Shown here: one piece after another, positions 50,741 to 58,343 of the stretch
Layout of the letters: each line of letters starts with the position of its first letter
Position numbering within the stretch: position 1 is the first letter of the stretch
DNA from: Dehalococcoidia bacterium
GTDB taxonomy: Bacteria; Chloroflexota; Dehalococcoidia; UBA2979
Direction of reading: 5' to 3'
Length of the DNA stretch: 64,000 nucleotides
Assembly (NCBI GenBank): GCA_029246995.1
Contig: JAQWMB010000004.1
Coordinates: 14,196-78,195 of the forward strand
The notes under the pieces: model-generated
What the model was told of the DNA's origin: nothing
Database searches by the model: none
The model's input: the letters and a program-made list of their open reading frames with translations, nothing else
Made by a program: the position numbers and the translations under genes

Positions 50741-52153
50741 TTATGCATCGAAATATAATTCATATTCATAAGGAGTTGGTCTCATGGATAATTCTTTAAT
50801 TTCCCCATTTTTTAAATCTAAATAATCTTGAATATATTTTTCAGTAAATACTTCATTTGTTGTTAAAAAGCTATGGTCAGATTCTAGTGCTGCCAGTGAT
50901 TCATCTAAAGAACCAGGAACTTTAGCTAGTTTTGCTGCTTCTTCTTCTGGAAGATCATAAATATTTTTATCAATAGGCTCTGGTGGCTCAATTTTGTTTT
51001 TTATTCCGTCTAAACCAGCAAGTAACATTGCAGAAAATGCTAAGTAAGGGTTACAAGTTGGATCAGGGGCTCGAAATTCTATTCTCTTAGAAGCAGCACT
51101 AGTTTCGTATGTTGAAATTCTAATTACAGCTGATCTATTTCTTGCAGAATAAACAAGATTGATAGGTGCTTCAAAGCCTGGGACTAATCTTTTATATGAG
51201 TTAGTAGATGGTGCGGCAAAGGCAAGTACAGCTGGTGCATGCTTTAATAGGCCACCTACATAATGTCTGGCTAATTCAGAAAGCCCACCATAATTTGATT
51301 GATCAAAAAATAATGGATTACCATCTTTCCATAATGATTGATGCACATGCATGCCAGTACCATTGTCACCAAAAATTGGTTTAGGCATAAAAGTTGCTGC
51401 CATACCATTGTCTCGTGCGACATTCCTTACAATATATTTGTACCATTGAAATTGGTCTCCTTTTTCAACAAGGGGAGCATACTTCATTGCAATTTCTCCT
51501 TGGCCCGCAGTTGCAACTTCGTGATGACTAACTTCTGTAGCAATCCCTACCGCATGTAATGCTTCATGCATTTCCCATCTAACATCTCTTAAAGTATCAA
51601 AAGGAGCAACGGGTGCGTAACCTTCTTTACCAGGTATTTTATAACCCAAATTAGGTGCTTCATCTCTGCCGCTATTCCAATGAGCTTCTATCGAATCTAC
51701 ATAATAAAAAGCAGTTTGTTGAGATTGCTCAAACCTAACATCATCAAATAGAAAGAATTCCATTTCTGGACCAAAGTTAGCTGTATCTGCGATGCCAGTT
51801 GATTTCATATATTCTTCGGCTTTAGTTGCTATTGTTCTCGGATCTCTGCCGTATGCTTCGCCGCTTATAGGGTCTTTAACAGAACAAGTTATTACTAAAG
51901 TGCCAACGTCACTTATTGGCTCAACTCTTGCTGAATCCATATCTGGAATAAGCAGCATGTCTGATTCATGTATTTCTTGAAAACCTCTTAAGCTAGAACC
52001 ATCGAAACCTTGGCCTTCTTCGAATAGTTTTTCTGTTAGTCTTTCTACTGGTATAGTGAATTGATGCCATCTACCAGGCATATCTGTAACGCGAAGATCA
52101 ACTCTTCTGACATCATTATCATCAACTAATTTTTTTATTTCATTAAAGTTCAT
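50741..52153 (-). CDS. glnA: Glutamine synthetase type I (beta subtype, adenylylation-site Tyr conserved)
   Basis: 470 aa. Collinear with enterobacterial GlnA (FDGSSLRGFQEIHESDMLLIPD, GPEMEFFLFDDVRF, MHVHQSLW, SYKRLVPGFEAP). DKNIYDLPEEE matches the NLYDLP adenylylation loop. Confidence 0.95.
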   Translation of the reverse strand: MNFNEIKKLVDDNDVRRVDLRVTDMPGRWHQFTIPVERLTEKLFEEGQGFDGSSLRGFQEIHESDMLLIPDMDSARVEPISDVGTLVITCSVKDPISGEAYGRDPRTIATKAEEYMKSTGIADTANFGPEMEFFLFDDVRFEQSQQTAFYYVDSIEAHWNSGRDEAPNLGYKIPGKEGYAPVAPFDTLRDVRWEMHEALHAVGIATEVSHHEVATAGQGEIAMKYAPLVEKGDQFQWYKYIVRNVARDNGMAATFMPKPIFGDNGTGMHVHQSLWKDGNPLFFDQSNYGGLSELARHYVGGLLKHAPAVLAFAAPSTNSYKRLVPGFEAPINLVYSARNRSAVIRISTYETSAASKRIEFRAPDPTCNPYLAFSAMLLAGLDGIKNKIEPPEPIDKNIYDLPEEEAAKLAKVPGSLDESLAALESDHSFLTTNEVFTEKYIQDYLDLKNGEIKELSMRPTPYEYELYFDA

Positions 52154-52250
52154 TAGGTTATCCCCCTATTTGGATAAATTATATTTGTAACCATAATTTT
52201 ATTAGAGTTGTATTATTTGATTGTTAAATTTATGTTTCAAGATAAAAAAA

Positions 52251-52931
52251 TTATTTTTGTTTATTTGGATTAATAAATCTGTATCCAATATTTCTTACCG
52301 TTTGTATATATTGATAGTTCTGTTCTATTTTTGCCCTAATTCTTCTTATGTGTACATCTACTGTCCTGTAGCCACCAATATAATCATATCCCCATACTTG
52401 GTCTAGTAATGAATCTCTTGTTAAAGGCTTATCAATATTACTTGCTAAATAAGTCAGTAGCTCAAATTCTTTAAATGTTAAATCAATGATTTTATTATCT
52501 ACTGCCACAGTATATTTTTCTAAATCTATTATTAAGTCAGCAATATTAAGCATATTTTCTGAATAAATATTTGAATTTGGAGGATTAATTATTTTTTCAA
52601 TTCTGTAAATAATCTCTTCTGGAGAAGGGCAATCTATAAAAATATCATTGATGCTTGCATAGTTGCTTAGTTCCTTTATATTATCAAGGTTTGTTATTGC
52701 TAGAATAGATAAATGATATTTTTCAGTATAGGTTATTAGTTGCTTAATATTAGATACTGAACTTGTGTCAAATATTAATAGGTCATTTTTTTTGAGTTGG
52801 TCTATGTTTGCTGCATTAAAAAAATTCTTAGATAGCTCATATATACTTAGAAAGTTTTTTTTCCCATGTAAGGCTTGTTTGATATTTTTTAAATGTTGTT
52901 CATTTTTTGTGATTATGTGAATTTTTTTCAT
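52251..52931 (-). CDS. Orphan atypical OmpR-family response regulator (GlnR-like candidate)
   Basis: The C-terminal winged helix (LTFKEFELLTYLASN, RTVDVHIRRIRAKIE, VRNIGYRF) is canonical. The receiver lacks the N-terminal acidic pair (HIITKNEQ) and the conserved Lys (FIDCP) but keeps an Asp in LLIFDTSS. There is no kinase neighbour. Confidence 0.8.
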   Translation of the reverse strand: MKKIHIITKNEQHLKNIKQALHGKKNFLSIYELSKNFFNAANIDQLKKNDLLIFDTSSVSNIKQLITYTEKYHLSILAITNLDNIKELSNYASINDIFIDCPSPEEIIYRIEKIINPPNSNIYSENMLNIADLIIDLEKYTVAVDNKIIDLTFKEFELLTYLASNIDKPLTRDSLLDQVWGYDYIGGYRTVDVHIRRIRAKIEQNYQYIQTVRNIGYRFINPNKQK

Positions 52932-53016
52932 GGATGACTATATATATTTTTTATAACAATGATGTAGAATTGTACTCACAACCCCAAAAAGAAGAATTGT
53001 TTAGCTAAGGTACCAT

Positions 53017-54003
53017 ATGTCAGTTGTTGAAATAAGAGATTTAACAAAAATTTATTCAAATAGTCAAATTGCACTTAATGATATTAACTTTAAAATTCTA
53101 GAAGGTGAAATCTTAGGAATTGCAGGTCCTATAAATTCTGGTAAAAGTTCATTATTAAAAATAATTGCTAAGAGAGATAAGCCAACCTCAGGACAGCTTG
53201 TATATTCGGAATCAATAAATCTTGGTTATTTTTCTGCTACAACAATTTTACCTCAAAAAACTAGGGTGTTTGAATTTCTTGTAACAGTTGCAAAAATGCA
53301 TAATTTGGATTTACCAAATGATTATTCAAAAATAATTAAATTATTAACAGCATTTGAATTGAATGAATTATCAAATTATAAAATTGTTGAACTTTCATTT
53401 TTTCAACAAAGAAGTTTAGCTATTTCAGCTGCTTTAATTGCAAATCCAAATTTATTAATTTTAGATGAACCTTTTTTAAATCTTGATAACCACCATGTTG
53501 AAAAACTAACTAATTTTTTAAAATTATTTTTTAATCGCAACCTATCCTGTGTTATTGCTGCTGTGAACTTAGATCAAATAGAACCTATTGCAACCTCTGT
53601 TGGTCTACTTTTTGCTGGTAATATAATTCATAAATCAGATATTCTGACTTTTAGTCGATTAGCTGGGAGAAATATTATTGAAATCATGGCGACAGGTAAT
53701 TTAGCTAAGTTTGAAGAGCGCCTCTCTTTTCTCGAATTACAAAAAGAATTAGCTTTTGAGAGGAATGGGTCAATTTTTCGTGTTACTTTTTTTCAATCAC
53801 GTGAGCTAGAAGATTGTTTTTTTCTTTTATCTGATCTCATTAAAAGATTAGGATTATCTGTCAGTAATATGTCTTCTGTAGCAGCATCAGTTGATATCCA
53901 ATTGGTAGATTTAGTGCAAGGTCGTTTGCAGTTGGGAAAGCCACATTTTCAATCTTTATTAGATAATATCGATGCTCTAGAAAATAGTCTTGATAATGAG
54001 TAG
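53017..54003 (+). CDS. ABC transporter ATP-binding protein with degenerate signature and H-loop and a C-terminal extension
   Basis: Walker A GPINSGKSS and Walker B LLILDEP are present. The signature is LSFFQQRS rather than LSGGQ. The H-loop region CVIAAVNLDQ has no His. About 110 extra C-terminal residues. Confidence 0.8.
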   Translation: MSVVEIRDLTKIYSNSQIALNDINFKILEGEILGIAGPINSGKSSLLKIIAKRDKPTSGQLVYSESINLGYFSATTILPQKTRVFEFLVTVAKMHNLDLPNDYSKIIKLLTAFELNELSNYKIVELSFFQQRSLAISAALIANPNLLILDEPFLNLDNHHVEKLTNFLKLFFNRNLSCVIAAVNLDQIEPIATSVGLLFAGNIIHKSDILTFSRLAGRNIIEIMATGNLAKFEERLSFLELQKELAFERNGSIFRVTFFQSRELEDCFFLLSDLIKRLGLSVSNMSSVAASVDIQLVDLVQGRLQLGKPHFQSLLDNIDALENSLDNE

Positions 54004-54029
54004 TAGTAATTTATTCTTTAGATATTAGT

Positions 54030-54749
54030 ATGAAAACTTTTAAAATTATAATGCAGCGTCAATGTTTAGATCTTTTTAGGTCATGGATTATTACTTGTGA
54101 AATTTTATTCTTACTCTTACTATTTTTTTTATTTGTTTTTGTTGCTGCGATTGAGAATGAGCTTGCTTCTGAGACTTTTGTTTTTTTTACCTTATATCTT
54201 TATGTACCATCTCAAATTTTAAAAATATTTATTTTATTTTCAAAATTATTTAGTTTTAATTTTATTAGTCAGTACAAATGGTTATATGTCTATACGTCAT
54301 CTCAGTCTATATTCTTTTTTGCTTGCCTTCTTAGTTATGTGATTGTTGGTTGTTTTATTCCAATTATTAGTTATTTTTTGTTTGCTTGGTTGTTAACGAT
54401 ATTTGCTAATAATGATTTTGCTTTATTGCAATTGATGAGTTTTATTATTTTTATATTTAGCATTCAATTATTATGGATATCAATGTTTAGTTTGACTAAT
54501 AGCATATTTCATAAAGAGAGAAATTATAGTTTATTATTAGCTGCTATAATTTTTATAGCTTTTTTGTTTTTGCTTTTTTCTTTTCTTAAAAATTTAAGAC
54601 TTATATTCATGGATTCATTAAGTGGATTTCTAATAGGCAACTCTTTAATGTTAAGTGTTAATGAATTATTTTTGATTTCGTTTTTTATATTATTATTTAT
54701 TAGTATTATTTTTTTATTTAGTTTTATAAATACTCAAAAAAATTTATAG
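54030..54749 (+). CDS. Polytopic membrane protein, probable ABC-2-type permease partner
   Basis: 239 aa with about 6 hydrophobic segments. It starts 27 nt after the ATPase gene. No specific family motif recognised. Confidence 0.65.
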   Translation: MKTFKIIMQRQCLDLFRSWIITCEILFLLLLFFLFVFVAAIENELASETFVFFTLYLYVPSQILKIFILFSKLFSFNFISQYKWLYVYTSSQSIFFFACLLSYVIVGCFIPIISYFLFAWLLTIFANNDFALLQLMSFIIFIFSIQLLWISMFSLTNSIFHKERNYSLLLAAIIFIAFLFLLFSFLKNLRLIFMDSLSGFLIGNSLMLSVNELFLISFFILLFISIIFLFSFINTQKNL

Positions 54750-54828
54750 ATAGGCTATATGATTAAGTATAAGAATACTTTTTTATTAATAATAGTTATG
54801 TAATTGAAATGTGATTTAATCGATATTA

Positions 54829-55074
54829 TCAATGATGTGAGTCGTCTTTTTGGAATTCCCATTCTATGTCTAATTGTTTTAAGAAAAAATAAATAAATGA
54901 AAAAAATATAAAAAGTGTCATTATTGCAATGAATGTATATAAAATTATTATTTCATAGTTTTGAGATCTTTCAATTACTTTATTTATTTTTTCTGCTGAA
55001 ACAAATTCAGTATTTAAAAAAGAAATAAAAATTGAAATGATCAGTATGTTACTAGTTGTAATGATTTTTTTCAT
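54829..55074 (-). CDS. Small hypothetical secreted/membrane protein
   Basis: 81 aa. Signal-like N-terminus (ILIISIFISFLNTEFVSA) plus one TM helix (IIILYTFIAIMTLFIFFSFIYFF). Confidence 0.5.
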   Translation of the reverse strand: MKKIITTSNILIISIFISFLNTEFVSAEKINKVIERSQNYEIIILYTFIAIMTLFIFFSFIYFFLKQLDIEWEFQKDDSHH

Positions 55075-55096
55075 TTATTTACAATCAGCAATTAAG

Positions 55097-55936
55097 CTAT
55101 ACTCCAGGCTCTCTAAGAAACTTTCTCACTTCATCTGCCCATATTTGTGGTGCTTGATGAGGGCTAAAATTACCTTGACTAGGCGGATTAATTCCCCTAG
55201 ATCTCTTGAGATTTGTAAGGAACTTTTCATGCGATCTACCTAATTCACTAGTCGTACCATGAATCACTAAAGTCGGTGCATCAATCTTTTCTACTGTTTC
55301 CCACATATCATGATGTGTCATGGCAAATGGTCCAGCACCTTCCCAACCCATACCGCCGTAAATTTCAGCACCATCAGCTGAATTAACTATAAGGTTGCTA
55401 ATAAATCTTTCAGTGGTAAGTTTTAGATTAGCACCTTCTTTAAGCCCTCCAACTTTTTCCCATAGCTCTAATAAATGAGTTCCATCCATTTTTTCTTCAT
55501 AATATCTGTGTATTCTTTCGTGTACTGCTCTTCTTGAAGGAGTGCCCCAATTAAAAACCTCTTCTAAGACTAATTTGTCTAATTTTTCAGGAAATTTTGC
55601 TGCAAAAACAGCAGCAATTTCTGAACCAGTATGAGTACCAAATAGCGATGTTTTTTCTATATTCAGTGCTTCTAAAAATTGAGACACTGATGTAGCAAAT
55701 TGGCCTAAGTTTTCATAGGGAGGATTTGGTCTATCGGATTGGCCATAACCCATTGTTGTCATTGCAATTACTCTAAATTCATCTGCAAGCAGTGGTGCAA
55801 TATCTTTGTAAGTCATACACGATGCTGGTGTTGCATGTAACATCAAAAATGGTTCTCCTGAACCTATTTCAAAGTATTCTACATTACCATCAGGAATCTG
55901 TACAAATCCTCTTTTTAGTTTTGTATCTACTGACAT
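55097..55936 (-). CDS. Alpha/beta-fold hydrolase family protein with unusual nucleophile elbow
   Basis: PFLMLHATP, the strand-elbow-helix SLFGTHTGSEIAAVFAAKFP, and a late HG/His region. I prefer the start at 55936 (MSVDTK..., SD AGGGGGG) over 56020, which would overlap the upstream gene. Confidence 0.75.
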   Translation of the reverse strand: MSVDTKLKRGFVQIPDGNVEYFEIGSGEPFLMLHATPASCMTYKDIAPLLADEFRVIAMTTMGYGQSDRPNPPYENLGQFATSVSQFLEALNIEKTSLFGTHTGSEIAAVFAAKFPEKLDKLVLEEVFNWGTPSRRAVHERIHRYYEEKMDGTHLLELWEKVGGLKEGANLKLTTERFISNLIVNSADGAEIYGGMGWEGAGPFAMTHHDMWETVEKIDAPTLVIHGTTSELGRSHEKFLTNLKRSRGINPPSQGNFSPHQAPQIWADEVRKFLREPGV

Positions 55937-55988
55937 ATTGGCCCCCCTAAATTTTAAATTAAAATAACTACTTTCATTATACATTATT

Positions 55989-57149
55989 TTATCTTGGCAA
56001 GCCAAGCCCTTGTGTTGCAATAGTATTTCTTTGAATTTCAGAGGTACCTCTAGTGATAGTACTGGCTATAGCTGAAAGGTATTGAGAAGAAGCTTGGTAG
56101 CTATTTTTATTTGATTTAATCTGCCCTCTGATCCCAAGTAACTTAATACCCGTAGAAGCAATTTTTTGGGTTAACTCTGATCCGTATAATTTTGAAATTG
56201 CAGCTTCATATGTAGGATTTCGACCCTCATCTTGAAGTAATGGTATTTTCATAGCTAAATTAAAACCTGCGTTTAATTCAATCCATCTATCTGCTATTTC
56301 TTCTCTGTAAGATTGCTTTGAATTTGTAACTTCTGGCATAGATTTTGAAATTTCAATTAATTTTTCTATATTTCGCTTAGCTGTGGAGTATGTGCCTATA
56401 CCAGAACGTTCAAAATCTAAGGAAGCAGCCATCTGATACCAGCCACGGTTTTCTTCACCAAGAAGATAGTTTTTTGAAACTACTACATTGTCAAAAAATA
56501 CTTCATTCATTGTTGGATTGCCATTGATGTCCTCTATTGGGCTTATTGATATTCCTTTGGAGTTCATTGGTAAAATAAAATTTGATAATCCTTTGTGTTT
56601 AGATGCATTTGGATTTGTTCTTACTCCTACAAGACCAAAATCAGCTTCATTGGCATTAGAGGCCCATATTTTTTGACCATTAATTATATAATTATCACCA
56701 TCTTTTGTTGCATGTGTTTGTAAAGATGCTAAATCTGATCCTGAAGTAGGCTCTGAGTATAGCAAACACCATTTATCTACTGCTTCAGCAATTCTAGGCA
56801 GATAGTATTCTTTTTGTTCTTCATTTCCATACATCATAAGTGATGGTCCAATCCATTGAATACCTGCGATATTATTCAATGGAGCTCCAAGATACGAGAT
56901 AACGTGATTAAACATCGCTTGTTTTAGATTAGTAGAACCTAAACCACCATATTTTTCTGGCCATGCTAATGTGAGTAGTTTATCTTTAGATAAGTCTTTG
57001 GTGACTGAATTGGCTAAAGCATGTAATGCTGGGTCGTTTTGTTCTAACGTAAAACTTTTTTCATTCCAATCATTTGGTAAAATAGCAAGTAACCGCGTAG
57101 TTAATTCTTCTTGAAATTCTAGCTCATAACGTGAAAATGAAAAATCCAA
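55989..57149 (-). CDS. Acyl-CoA dehydrogenase family protein
   Basis: 386 aa. LLYSEPTSGSDLASL, INGQKIWASNA, and C-terminal ITRGTSEIQRNTIA (canonical YEGTSEIQ with Glu replaced). Confidence 0.85.
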   Translation of the reverse strand: MDFSFSRYELEFQEELTTRLLAILPNDWNEKSFTLEQNDPALHALANSVTKDLSKDKLLTLAWPEKYGGLGSTNLKQAMFNHVISYLGAPLNNIAGIQWIGPSLMMYGNEEQKEYYLPRIAEAVDKWCLLYSEPTSGSDLASLQTHATKDGDNYIINGQKIWASNANEADFGLVGVRTNPNASKHKGLSNFILPMNSKGISISPIEDINGNPTMNEVFFDNVVVSKNYLLGEENRGWYQMAASLDFERSGIGTYSTAKRNIEKLIEISKSMPEVTNSKQSYREEIADRWIELNAGFNLAMKIPLLQDEGRNPTYEAAISKLYGSELTQKIASTGIKLLGIRGQIKSNKNSYQASSQYLSAIASTITRGTSEIQRNTIATQGLGLPR

Positions 57150-57343
57150 AATGTATATCCTTAAAATTTTTTCTATTTTGAGTGAATTAACATTCTAAAT
57201 CAAGTAAGATTCTTGTCAAAGAGTCTTAAAAAAAATTTCTTGCTTAATTCTTAGAAATTAAGTTTTGATTAGAATCGATTTGTAGTAAATATTTGATTAT
57301 TAGGTTTTATTTTTTTATCATCTACTTAAGTTAAGAGGGCATC

Positions 57344-58291
57344 TTGAATCAAGACATATCAATTTTTACAGGAAATGCTAATAAAGAATTTGCAGAAAAA
57401 ATTTGTGAATATTTAAATGTGGATCTTAGTCATAGCGAAGTTTTTGAATTTTCTAATGAAAATGTTTTTGTAAGACTTTTAGATAATATTCGTGAGCGAG
57501 ATGTATTTATTGTCCAACCAATCGTTAGTCCAGTGAATACTAGATTAATGGAATTAATGTTAATGATTGATGCTGCTAAGAGAGCATCAGCTGGTCGGAT
57601 AACTGCTGTTATTCCTTATTACGCATATGGTCGTTCAGATAAAAAAGACCAACCGAGAGTGCCAATTTCTGCTCGATTAATAGCTAATTTTCTTGAAGTT
57701 GCTGGGGCTAATCGTGTGCTTACTATAGATCTGCATGCAGGTCAGATACAAGGTTTTTTTAATATTCCATTAGATGAACTTACAGCATATCCATTAGTTT
57801 CAGATTATCTGATATCTAAAAAATTAAATTCGCCAATCATTGTTGCAACTGATGCTGGTGGTGCAAAGAGTGCTGCGCGCATGGCAAATGATTTAAAATG
57901 CGATCTTGCGATTATAGATAAGCGACGTGTTGATAATTCAGAATCACCAAATGGCTCAACTATTATCGGTGACGTGACTGGTAGAGATTGTATCATTATG
58001 GATGATGAAATATTAACAGGAGGGACAGTGGAATTAGCAGTTAGATTAATTTTAAAAGATAAACCTAATTCAATACGAGTAGCCTGTGTTCACCCAATGT
58101 TTAATGACAAAGGGTTTAAAATTATTGATGCATTAGATATCGATGAGTTAATTATTTCTGATACAGTCCCCATAGATATTAATAGTTTTTCGAAGAATAA
58201 ACCAACAATTCTTTCAACAACTGAACTTTTTGGAGAAGCTATTCGCCGTATACATAGTGGTGATTCAGTAGGAGCTTTATTTCGAAAATAA
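57344..58291 (+). CDS. prs: Ribose-phosphate pyrophosphokinase
   Basis: TTG start after AAGAGGG. FSNENVFVRL..N.R..DVFIVQ, IPYYAYGRSDKK, TIDLHAGQIQGFF, IMDDEILTGGT. Confidence 0.93.
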   Translation: MNQDISIFTGNANKEFAEKICEYLNVDLSHSEVFEFSNENVFVRLLDNIRERDVFIVQPIVSPVNTRLMELMLMIDAAKRASAGRITAVIPYYAYGRSDKKDQPRVPISARLIANFLEVAGANRVLTIDLHAGQIQGFFNIPLDELTAYPLVSDYLISKKLNSPIIVATDAGGAKSAARMANDLKCDLAIIDKRRVDNSESPNGSTIIGDVTGRDCIIMDDEILTGGTVELAVRLILKDKPNSIRVACVHPMFNDKGFKIIDALDIDELIISDTVPIDINSFSKNKPTILSTTELFGEAIRRIHSGDSVGALFRK

Positions 58292-58343
58292 GTCATTCGT
58301 CTGAGTTTTCAATCAATTTAAATAACTTTTAAGTGAAGTAATA

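Noticed and set aside
55937-56020. ORF-track N-terminal extension of the alpha/beta hydrolase overlapping the acyl-CoA dehydrogenase gene
   Set aside because: An internal ATG at 55936 with a strong AGGGGGG SD gives a normal-length protein and removes the 32-nt overlap. tsaD (23017 to 23059), jag (33533 to 33500) and nuoB (39609 to 39630) were trimmed for similar reasons.
57150-57343. Largest intergenic region (acd/prs divergent) examined for tRNA, sRNA or riboswitch; contains hairpin CTTAATT-cttaga-AATTAAG (57245-57264)
   Set aside because: There is no cloverleaf or conserved riboswitch core. The hairpin is all A/T and no upstream gene ends there. It is most simply a divergent promoter region.
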